A stretch of 29,283 nucleotides of DNA from Candidatus Pacearchaeota archaeon (GTDB lineage: Archaea; Nanobdellota; Nanobdellia; Pacearchaeales; GW2011-AR1), in assembly GCA_017608985.1 (NCBI GenBank), contig JAFCEV010000001.1, positions 1 through 29,283 of the forward strand. Direction: 5' to 3'. A program made the translations under genes and the position numbers. Positions 7,906 through 15,556 of this stretch are shown piece after piece. How positions within the stretch are numbered: the first letter of the stretch is position 1; every line of letters starts with the position of its first letter. The notes beneath the pieces were generated by a model. That model did not search any database, was not told where the DNA came from, and saw only the letters and a program-made list of their open reading frames with translations.

Positions 7906-8027
7906 GCCTCAGTCGCATAATGGTATTGCACTGGATTGCTAAATTGCCTCCGCTGAAAATCGCGAGAAAGAAAAATGCAAACATCCAGGCCCTTCGGGGC
8001 TCGCAGGTTCGATTCCTGCCTGAGGCG
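7906..8027 (+). tRNA. tRNA-Ser(GCT) with a 41-nt intron at 37/38 (7942-7982)
   Basis: Acceptor GCCTCAG/CTGAGGC; anticodon stem CTGGA/TCCAG; bulge-helix-bulge with central TTGC(7936-7939)/GCAA(7977-7980), two 3-nt bulges and outer ATT/AAT helix. Confidence 0.92.
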
Positions 8028-8151
8028 TTTTCACAATTGAAAATTGTGCAGGAATCTTAACAAAAGTTTGATATTTCCTCTTCGATTCCGAACAAGTCCA
8101 CGAGAACTAATCGCGAAACCATTTTCTAAAAATCTGAGTGAGCTTGGGAGC

Positions 8152-8274
8152 ATGCCTGAGACGTTTTTTGAATGGGAAAAACCAAGTTTTAAAGAAATTA
8201 CAACTATGGATTTGGACGATGTTGGTGAAGAATGCGATAATTTGTTCTCTTTTGGTGTAAAAGAAATTTTATAA
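8152..8274 (+). CDS. Small acidic peptide, 40 aa (MPETFFEWEKPSFKEITTMDLDDVGEECDNLFSFGVKEIL)
   Basis: 3' part of track ORF 8044..8274; ATG 8152 preceded by GGGAG. Confidence 0.45.
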   Translation: MPETFFEWEKPSFKEITTMDLDDVGEECDNLFSFGVKEIL

Positions 8275-8304
8275 ATACACTCTGCTTAATTTTATCATAA
8301 AAAG

Positions 8305-9933
8305 ATGGTGAATGCTGCAATAATTGCACTGATTGGAATTGCTTTTCTTATTGCAAATTATTTTTTATATGGAAGATTTATTGAGAAAAAAATCAAGCCA
8401 ACCAATAAAAAAACTCCTGCTTTTATAAATAAAGATAAGACAGATTTTTATCCTGCTAATAAATTCTTTTTGTTTGGGCATCATTTTGCATCAATTGCAG
8501 GTGCAGGACCAATTATAGGACCAATCTTAGCTGTCTCTTATTTTGGTTGGTTAGCTGTTTCCCTGTGGATTATCTTAGGTACAATTTTTATAGGAGCTGT
8601 TCATGACTATCTCTCATTAATGTTGTCTGTAAGAAATAAAGGAAGAGGAATTTCAAGAATTTCTTCTGATGCTTTGAACAGACGTTCTGGAAAAGTTTTT
8701 GCAATAATGATTTACTTGACTTTAATGCTGATTGTTACTGTTTTTTCTGTTTCAGCTGCTGACAGCATAATTAGCCAGCCAAGTTTAGTTATCCCAATAA
8801 TTGCAATTTCCATTATTGCTGTGATTTTGGGTTTGGCTGTTTATAAATTCAAAAAAAATCCTTTAATTTCAAGTTTAATTGCTCTGGTTTTTGTTTTCTT
8901 TTTTATGTGGGTGGGTTACAAAGTTCCTTTGTCTCTCCCTTTTGCTCTTCAAACTCAACAAATAATCTGGATAACAATTCTTATTAGTTATGGTGCAATT
9001 GCCTCTTTGATTCCTGTCTGGATATTTCTCCAGCCCAGAGATTATTTAAGTGCTATTCAATTAATTTTATTTTTATTTCTTGGATTTGCTTCGATATTTA
9101 TTGTTCAGCCAAATGTTAATATTCCTCTGATAATTAAAGGCAATCTTCCAATGTGGCCTATTTTGTTTATTACAGTTGCTTGCGGTGCTGTTTCAGGGTT
9201 TCATTCGCTCGTAGCATCAGGCACAACATCGAAACAATTAGCAAGTGAAAAACACGGAAAATTCATAGGTTATGGCGGCATGATTGCAGAAGGATTGCTG
9301 GCTTTATTAGTGTTATTGTTTATTGGAAGTTTAGCTTGGAATTCTGGCTCACTGAACTTCCTGGATTCTTTAGAGCAGGGATGGGTTATTGCATTTGGAA
9401 ATGGAATTGGAAATGTTGTTGGAAGTCTGAATATATCTTTTCTTGGGTTTGCAATTGCAAGTTTAATAGGAGTATTTATGGTTAATCAATTTATATTGAC
9501 TTCTTTGGATACTTCAACAAGAATATCAAGATTAGTACTTGCAGATACTTTCAGACAAAAAATACTAAAAAAGAAATGGTTCGGAGTTTTAATAACAGTT
9601 ATTCCTGCTTATATTTTGGCAATTACAAATTCATATGCTAATCTTTGGAGATTGTTTGGAAGTGCAAATCAACTTATAGCTGCAATTGCTTTAATCACTA
9701 TTTCTGCTTATTTTATAGAGCATAAACAACACATAAAGTTCCTGATTATCCCGACTGCATTTATGGTGGCAACTACTGTTGGTGCTCTCTTGTATGGGTT
9801 GTTTAATAAAGCAGGTTATATTCTCACAGGAAACTGGCTATTGTCTATAATATCAATAATTTTGGTTGTGCTGGCTTTGTTTGTTTCTTATGAAGGATTT
9901 CAGGTTGTGAAGAAATACAGGAAGAGGATTTGA
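8305..9933 (+). CDS. cstA: Carbon starvation protein A family transporter
   Basis: LFGHHFASIAGAGPIIGP, GAVHDY, ITVACGAVSGFHSLVASGTTSKQL, LFGSANQL; multi-TM. Confidence 0.95.
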   Translation: MVNAAIIALIGIAFLIANYFLYGRFIEKKIKPTNKKTPAFINKDKTDFYPANKFFLFGHHFASIAGAGPIIGPILAVSYFGWLAVSLWIILGTIFIGAVHDYLSLMLSVRNKGRGISRISSDALNRRSGKVFAIMIYLTLMLIVTVFSVSAADSIISQPSLVIPIIAISIIAVILGLAVYKFKKNPLISSLIALVFVFFFMWVGYKVPLSLPFALQTQQIIWITILISYGAIASLIPVWIFLQPRDYLSAIQLILFLFLGFASIFIVQPNVNIPLIIKGNLPMWPILFITVACGAVSGFHSLVASGTTSKQLASEKHGKFIGYGGMIAEGLLALLVLLFIGSLAWNSGSLNFLDSLEQGWVIAFGNGIGNVVGSLNISFLGFAIASLIGVFMVNQFILTSLDTSTRISRLVLADTFRQKILKKKWFGVLITVIPAYILAITNSYANLWRLFGSANQLIAAIALITISAYFIEHKQHIKFLIIPTAFMVATTVGALLYGLFNKAGYILTGNWLLSIISIILVVLALFVSYEGFQVVKKYRKRI

Positions 9934-10764
9934 TTATTTATTTATCTCACTAGTCCTTTTGTAATTAATATATAATCTATCCAAAATTTTTAGAGCCTGT
10001 TTTCTCTGCTCTGCCTTTCCCATACCTTTCCAGTCAAGAACTGCAAAATCAACTTCTTCGTCTGTTTTATCAATTGCTTCTTTAACCATCTCTTCTGTTA
10101 AAGGAAAAACATAATTTGGAATAACATGAGATATTGCAACATTTGAGCTTAATTGAATTTTATTAAAGTTAGGGCAGTAATGCGGACCTCCAATTCCAAT
10201 TGCAACTTCATTATAAGGATTTGGTTTGAATTCCTGAATTGCTTCTAAAATTGTTTTTGCTAAAATAAATCCTGCTCTTCTGTCTTGCCATTCTGTCTCA
10301 GTTGAACCAATTTCAATGAACAGACAGGGTTTATCAATTAAAGGGCCGTGATGAGTGCATTCTAAAGTTACTTTATATTTTTCAGCTAATCCCGAAGATT
10401 TTGTATTTTTATTCAGGATTTCAAAGATATATTTCTGAAATAATGCAGAAGTTCTGGAAACTTTTCTGCTTTCTCCTCCAAGCTCTGCACTTCTCCAGTT
10501 TCCAGGGGCATGAACTGAAAGAGTTTTTTCATTTTTTTCTGACTTATGCTTTGAAGCAAAAATTATAAAATCATATTTGTTTATTTTCTCCAAATCCAGA
10601 TTTTTTGTATAAATTATTTCATCTTCAACCAGATAAAAATCAAAATTAGGTTTGTCTTTCATTGAAGATAATAAAGGATTTTCTCTGAACTGACTTAATT
10701 GAGTTGTTATATTTATTCCTGCTTTGTCTTTCTTACTGGCAACAATTAAATATTTTGAATACAT
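9934..10764 (-). CDS. dtdA: Archaeal D-aminoacyl-tRNA deacylase (DTD2/GEK1 type)
   Basis: ASKHKS..LSVHAPGN, ECTHHGP, FIEIGS, IGGPHYCPNF motifs. Confidence 0.9.
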   Translation of the reverse strand: MYSKYLIVASKKDKAGINITTQLSQFRENPLLSSMKDKPNFDFYLVEDEIIYTKNLDLEKINKYDFIIFASKHKSEKNEKTLSVHAPGNWRSAELGGESRKVSRTSALFQKYIFEILNKNTKSSGLAEKYKVTLECTHHGPLIDKPCLFIEIGSTETEWQDRRAGFILAKTILEAIQEFKPNPYNEVAIGIGGPHYCPNFNKIQLSSNVAISHVIPNYVFPLTEEMVKEAIDKTDEEVDFAVLDWKGMGKAEQRKQALKILDRLYINYKRTSEINK

Positions 10765-10812
10765 ACAATAGAAAATATTAAATTATTTAAAGAGTTTTTG
10801 CTGTTTAATTAT

Positions 10813-11061
10813 ATGGATTTGATTGAAACTTTAAGAAAAAAAGGAGATTCTAAAATAAAAGAAATTGAGAAAATACTTGAAGAAACAGCAGAACAAAAGG
10901 AGAAGCACAGAGAAACGGCTAAATATGCTTTAAGTATGGCTATAAGATTGTATGAGGAATTGATTAAAGAAAAAGGGGCTTTATATGTTAAACTGGTTTA
11001 TCCAGAGATTTTGGATAAAATTAGCGAAATTACAGATGATTTATTAGAATATGAGAGTTGA
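10813..11061 (+). CDS. Hypothetical helical protein (~82 aa); its stop codon lies inside the 17-bp repeat
   Basis: Track ORF 10798..11061, first ATG at 10813; no family recognised. Confidence 0.55.
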   Translation: MDLIETLRKKGDSKIKEIEKILEETAEQKEKHRETAKYALSMAIRLYEELIKEKGALYVKLVYPEILDKISEITDDLLEYES

Positions 11062-11074
11062 TTTTTAGTGTAAC
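11058..11074. repeat. 17-bp direct repeat, copy 1 (TTGATTTTTAGTGTAAC)
   Basis: Identical to 13098-13114. Confidence 0.9.
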
Positions 11075-11096
11075 TCTTTCTCTATCAAATTTAAAA

Positions 11097-11627
11097 TTAA
11101 GTTTGCTCATTTTTTAATATTAAAAAAATTAAATTGTGTTTGTGTGGAGGAACATTTGGGTGTTCTTCTATTTCTGTTTCATCCTGCAATTCTTTTTCAA
11201 CTTTCCATCCAGGATAAAAAGATAGAATTTCTTCCTTTGTTGGAAAAAATTTTCCTTCATTTTTCATGCTATCTTTCTCAGACATACAAATGATAAAATT
11301 ATATCCTCTTTTTGAGGTAGCTTTTTTAATTTTTTCAAATAATTTATGGACTTTGTCTTTATTGAAAAAATGCAAAATCAAAGAAGCAATTATTAAATCG
11401 TTATCCCTTCCAAAGTCTTCTTTAACTACATTTCCCAATACAAATTCAAAATTGTCTGGTTTTTCTGATAGCAATTCTTTAACATCAATCCCTTTTGTTT
11501 TGATTCCTTTTTTGCTAAAAAATAAAGACATTAAACCTTTTCCGCATCCCAAATCCAAAACTTTCTTCAGTTTCTTATCTTGAAAGAAATTCAAAAATTC
11601 CTTTTTAGTTTGTTTTACGTTTATCAT
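11097..11627 (-). CDS. Class I SAM-dependent methyltransferase (TehB-like size)
   Basis: Motif I VLDLGCGKG, DLIIASLILHF; overlaps the radical SAM gene by 23 nt. Confidence 0.85.
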   Translation of the reverse strand: MINVKQTKKEFLNFFQDKKLKKVLDLGCGKGLMSLFFSKKGIKTKGIDVKELLSEKPDNFEFVLGNVVKEDFGRDNDLIIASLILHFFNKDKVHKLFEKIKKATSKRGYNFIICMSEKDSMKNEGKFFPTKEEILSFYPGWKVEKELQDETEIEEHPNVPPHKHNLIFLILKNEQT

Positions 11628-12675
11628 TTTCTAAATATTCTTTAAAACACATTGGGTCTTTTGCCATATAATCTCCAGTTGTTGCATAGGCAATCGCCCT
11701 ACACCCTCTACAATGAACAACTTTATCACATAAAGACTTTTCTCTTATTTTATTTAAATCTCTTAAATCTTGCATAACCTCATTCTCTAAAACTAAATTT
11801 CTAAATCCTTCTTTAATATTTCCGATAGAAATTGGAAGTCTTCTGCAAGGATAGACTGTTCCATCAGAAAGAACAGAAAGCATCCTGAATCCTGCAGAAC
11901 ATCCGCATAAATAAGTATTATTCTCTTTTGATTTTTTAATTAAATCATTTTCTCCATCCTGAAAAATTTGCCACAAAACATCTGATTGTAATACTGTTAT
12001 TTTTCCTTTATATCTTTCTACTAAATTGTTTGTCTTTTTTAACATTTCATAAACTTCAAAAGAATTAACAAATTTGGGGTCTTTTGTGCCTAATTTTGGA
12101 TCCGGGACATAGGTTTTGAACCCAACCTTTTTAGCACCTGCAATATAAGAATTTTCTATTACATCTTCAAATTCATCCATATTTTGTTTCATTAAAGTCA
12201 TTGCAGAAACAACAGAGATTCCTTCCCTTGATGCATTATTTATTCCTTCCATTGCTTTGTCATAAGCAAACTCTCTTCCTCTTATTTTATTATGGGTTTC
12301 CTTTGTTCCATCAATAGAAATTTGAATTGTGTCTATTCCTCTTTCTTTTATTTGTTTTGCTTTTTTTGGATTAATTAAGGTCCCATTTGTTAACAAATTT
12401 GTAATAACTTCTTGTTTTTGAGTATAATCAAAAATGTTTAGATGATCTCTTCTCATTAAAGGTTCTCCTCCAGAAATTGCAATCCTTGGAATCATATCCC
12501 ATCGTTTTGCAGTTTCTTTTAAATCATCTATCATAGAAAAAACATCTTCTAAACTCATAAGCTCTTTAAATTGTTGATGATTAGAATTTCCTTCAGAATT
12601 ATGATAACAATGAGAACACCTTAAATTACAACTATCTGTTGAGTCCCACTGTAAGTAAAGATGTCTTCTTGCCAT
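11605..12675 (-). CDS. Radical SAM enzyme with C-terminal SPASM-type domain, no N-terminal RRE
   Basis: CNLRCSHC (CxxxCxxC), ISGGEPL, LLTNGT, QISIDG..HNKIRG; C-terminal CSAG...DGTVYPC...C....CRGCRAIAY...GD....DPMC. Confidence 0.92.
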   Translation of the reverse strand: MARRHLYLQWDSTDSCNLRCSHCYHNSEGNSNHQQFKELMSLEDVFSMIDDLKETAKRWDMIPRIAISGGEPLMRRDHLNIFDYTQKQEVITNLLTNGTLINPKKAKQIKERGIDTIQISIDGTKETHNKIRGREFAYDKAMEGINNASREGISVVSAMTLMKQNMDEFEDVIENSYIAGAKKVGFKTYVPDPKLGTKDPKFVNSFEVYEMLKKTNNLVERYKGKITVLQSDVLWQIFQDGENDLIKKSKENNTYLCGCSAGFRMLSVLSDGTVYPCRRLPISIGNIKEGFRNLVLENEVMQDLRDLNKIREKSLCDKVVHCRGCRAIAYATTGDYMAKDPMCFKEYLENDKRKTN

Positions 12676-12690
12676 TTTTTAAGAATAAAT

Positions 12691-12912
12691 TTAATCTAAA
12701 AAACAACCATCATCAGAGTAACAAGCATCAGGACCGCAAGCGTCACAAGGATCACAGTGATACTTGTCTTTAAAAAGATTGTACTTTTTTACCTCGTCCC
12801 TTGGACCATGCTCTCTTACCTGATAAGGTAATTGAGTGATACAATTCAAAAAATCTACTTCCTTCGCTGTTAGCTCAAATTCATTTGATTTTTCCATAAT
12901 TTTTAAGAGCAT
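12691..12912 (-). CDS. Putative RiPP precursor peptide with Cys/Asp-rich C-terminal core; likely start ATG 12897
   Basis: Ends HCDPCDACGPDACYSDDGCFLD (5 Cys and 6 Asp in the last 21 aa); 15 nt upstream of and co-oriented with the rSAM gene. Confidence 0.65.
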   Translation of the reverse strand: MLLKIMEKSNEFELTAKEVDFLNCITQLPYQVREHGPRDEVKKYNLFKDKYHCDPCDACGPDACYSDDGCFLD

Positions 12913-13097
12913 TTGATCTTTTTAAGTTTTATTATTGTAAAAAGATAAAGTGCCCAATAAATTTCTTATGAAACAAGACTATTTTTCTAAAAAAACCAAG
13001 CACACATCTCCAAATTAGAGGCAGGTGGTCAAAAGATTTACAAATCTGCATTTATTGAGTTTAATTCCTGTTAGTTTCTCCCGAATACTTAAAGGGA

Positions 13098-13114
13098 TTG
13101 ATTTTTAGTGTAAC
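13098..13114. repeat. 17-bp direct repeat, copy 2 (TTGATTTTTAGTGTAAC)
   Basis: Identical to 11058-11074; offset 2040 bp. Confidence 0.9.
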
Positions 13115-13276
13115 GATGCTGAGAAAAAATCCAAGGGATTTTGAGAAAAAAGTTTTTCATCAAAGGTGAAGTCCCATCAAATAAAAGAATCAATGAGTGG
13201 GACTAAATAATAAGTTACCACAATTAAGTAGTTAAAAATAAAAAGATTTAAATACTAGTTATACCATAATTATAAT

Positions 13277-13912
13277 ATGAATAGAAGAAAATTTTTAAAA
13301 TATTTAGGATCAGGATTAGTAGCCACAGCAATCGCACCAATGGAAGTTTTGGCAAGAATCCCAGATAAATCTCTAGAAGATAAGTTATTTCCATTATACA
13401 AACAAGTAACTGATAATTTCGGAGTAGAGGATGAAGGAGTAATTCTTGTTGATGGTCAAAATCAAAGACTATATTTAGTAGATGGATACAATGGATTTAG
13501 AGTCAATAAGGAATACGATATTTCAACTGGAAAAGCTGGATTTGGAAATAAATCGGGAAGTGGCAAGACTCCAACAGGAATTCATAGAATAAAAGAAATG
13601 TATGGTAGTAATGCACCTATTGGGACTCTTTTTATAGCACGACAAAATACAGGTAGAATTGCAAAAATACACACAGACGAATATGATTCCCCTAATGATT
13701 TGATAACCAGCAGAATAATGTGGTTGGATGGCTGCGAAAAACAAAACAAAAATAGCCATTCAAGATATATCTATATTCATGGAACTTCTGAAGAAGGATT
13801 AATAGGCAAACCTGCTTCACACGGTTGTATCAGAATGAAAAATAGAGATGTAATTGAGCTATACAATCTAGTAGGTTCAGGAACTTATATTAATATAAAG
13901 AATAATTTATAA
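13277..13912 (+). CDS. L,D-transpeptidase (YkuD/ErfK) family protein with twin-arginine signal
   Basis: MNRRKFLK Tat motif; YDISTGKAG, GKTPTG, IYIHGT...PASHGCIRM catalytic His/Cys motif. Confidence 0.9.
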   Translation: MNRRKFLKYLGSGLVATAIAPMEVLARIPDKSLEDKLFPLYKQVTDNFGVEDEGVILVDGQNQRLYLVDGYNGFRVNKEYDISTGKAGFGNKSGSGKTPTGIHRIKEMYGSNAPIGTLFIARQNTGRIAKIHTDEYDSPNDLITSRIMWLDGCEKQNKNSHSRYIYIHGTSEEGLIGKPASHGCIRMKNRDVIELYNLVGSGTYINIKNNL

Positions 13913-13930
13913 TAATCTTTAATCTTATCC

Positions 13931-13962
13931 ATTAAGACTAATTCCTGTTAATTCTTCCGAAA
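13931..13962. repeat. Imperfect direct repeat of 13054-13085 (24/32 identical, 12-bp core TAATTCCTGTTA at 13062-13073 and 13939-13950)
   Basis: Hand alignment; the two copies bracket the L,D-transpeptidase gene. Confidence 0.5.
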
Positions 13963-13993
13963 GTATTTTAATCTGAATTTTCTTAATTAATTC

Positions 13994-14233
13994 ATGCAAG
14001 AAATATTCAAACTCTTAATCGGTATTGGTGTTTTGATTTTGGCTTTCCCTATCGGAGATATTTTGGCAAAAAAAACAAAAGAAGAACTCAAAGCAGGAAG
14101 AAGATGGTTTAAAATAATTATTTATGCAAGTCTGGTTGGAGGAGTTGTTGGTTTATTGATTGGAAATGACATTTTAATGTTTAGTTTTTTCTTTATTGCA
14201 CTTGTAACAAGTCAGAGTTTGAGAAGAAAATGA
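13994..14233 (+). CDS. Small membrane protein (79 aa, ~3 TM)
   Basis: Hydrophobic segments; overlaps the start of the nfo-like gene. Confidence 0.75.
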   Translation: MQEIFKLLIGIGVLILAFPIGDILAKKTKEELKAGRRWFKIIIYASLVGGVVGLLIGNDILMFSFFFIALVTSQSLRRK

Positions 14234-15063
14234 ATATAAAATTTGGTCCTGCTGGATTAGGTTCTGTAAAAGATGCTGAAAAAACTTTAAAAGAGTATTG
14301 CGAATTAGGATTAAAAGCGTGTGAAATTGCATTTACATATGGGGTTTATATTAAAAGAAAAGAGAATGCTAAAAGAATCGGAAGAACTGCAAAAAAACTT
14401 GGAATTCAGTTAAGCGTCCATGCTCCTTACTGGATTAATCTTAATTCTGAAAATATTAAAAAAACAAAAGCAAGCCAGCAAAGAATTCTGAAATGTGCAG
14501 AGATTGGACATCTCTTAGGAGCAAAAAGAGTTGTATTTCATCCTGGATATTATGGAAAAGGCTTCAGAACAAAGTCCCGGACCTCGTCCGCTGAAAACAT
14601 CGAACGAAACAAAGAGCATGCTTTTGACAATATTAAATTAAGAGTCAGAGAAATGCTTGAGGAAGTTAAAAAAAATAAATGGGATATTGAACTCTGTGCA
14701 GAGACAATGGGAAAGGTGAATGTTTTTGGAAATATTGAAGAAATTTCTCTATTAGTAAAAGAAACAGGATGTGGTTTTTGCCTGGATTTTGCACATATTC
14801 TTGCAAGGGAAAAGAAAGTGGAGTGGAAAAAGATTAAAAAATTATTTCCACAAAAAAACTGGCACTGCCATTTTTCTGGAATTGAATATGGAGAAAGAGG
14901 AGAAAAACACCACAGAAAAACAGGAAGAAAAGAGTGGAAGCATCTTTTTGAAAATCTCCCAAAAAACAAGAATATAACAATAATCAACGAAGCACCTGAT
15001 ACAGTAGGAGATAGTTTTGAGGGCTTGAAAATCTGGGAGAAAATGAAAAAATCTTTTTCTTGA
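14230..15063 (+). CDS. nfo: Endonuclease IV-like (AP endonuclease family 2) TIM barrel
   Basis: SVHAPYWINL, VVFHPG, ETMGK..FG, CLDFAH, HCHFSGIEY...E.HH motifs; carries an apparent ~16-codon insertion after HPGYYGK. Confidence 0.8.
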   Translation: MNIKFGPAGLGSVKDAEKTLKEYCELGLKACEIAFTYGVYIKRKENAKRIGRTAKKLGIQLSVHAPYWINLNSENIKKTKASQQRILKCAEIGHLLGAKRVVFHPGYYGKGFRTKSRTSSAENIERNKEHAFDNIKLRVREMLEEVKKNKWDIELCAETMGKVNVFGNIEEISLLVKETGCGFCLDFAHILAREKKVEWKKIKKLFPQKNWHCHFSGIEYGERGEKHHRKTGRKEWKHLFENLPKNKNITIINEAPDTVGDSFEGLKIWEKMKKSFS

Positions 15064-15118
15064 TTCTACTTAACCAAAAGATTTATAATATTCAAAATTA
15101 CATTATAATTATATACTA

Positions 15119-15144
15119 CCCAGAATTGCTTCGGCAACTCTGGG
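15119..15144 (+). other. Hairpin CCCAGAATTGC-TTCG-GCAACTCTGGG followed by TTTT (terminator-like or small palindromic element)
   Basis: 10 of 11 stem positions pair; C(UUCG)G tetraloop. Confidence 0.55.
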
Positions 15145-15181
15145 TTTTAGATAACTTTTTAATATTAATTATATTTCTCTT

Positions 15182-15556
15182 TTGATGGATTATAAAGAAC
15201 GAATAATTATATTTATCGATGAGAGTAATTTTTATCTCCTCAAGGATATTTATGGAGCTTTTAAAACATTAATGCATTTTAATTTTGAGAAATTTGCAAA
15301 ATTTATTTTAGAAGATAGAAAACTTATTAGAGTATGTTATTACAATGCCCGTCTAGATAGAAAAAAAGATGAATTAACTTATGCTAAACCGCAAAAATTC
15401 TTTGAAAGATTAAAATTAATCCCTGATTTCAAACTAATCCTCTGCAGAATGCAAAAAGAAAAAATTAATGAAAAGGTTATTTATCTAGTAAAAGAAGATG
15501 ATATTCATCTTGCTGGGGATATGGTTCGATTAGCCTACAATAATTCCTATGATTAA
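15182..15556 (+). pseudogene. Truncated NYN/LabA (PIN-like) ribonuclease domain gene
   Basis: IFIDESNF, YYNA, KEDDIHLAGDMV..AY...YD match NYN, but the ORF stops before the expected ILVSGDGDF motif. Confidence 0.65.

Noticed and set aside
7478-8060. Track ORFs 7478..7681, 7493..7984 and 7812..8060
   Set aside because: Open frames caused by the GC-rich tRNA genes they overlap.
8081-8090. TTCGATTCC as part of another tRNA
   Set aside because: T-loop-like 9-mer without a flanking T-stem or acceptor stem.
11058-11074. 17-bp repeat as an integron attC or dif site
   Set aside because: The reverse complement GTTACAC only partly fits GTTRRRY, no paired R''/L boxes were found, and it lacks the 11-6-11 dif symmetry.
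12691-12756. Peptide as a ferredoxin
   Set aside because: CxxCxxC is followed by four residues before the next Cys with no CP; kept only as an alternative metal-binding explanation.
14560-14615. nfo insertion as a BHB-spliced mRNA intron
   Set aside because: No 4-bp helix flanked by two 3-nt bulges could be drawn, and the insert keeps the reading frame.
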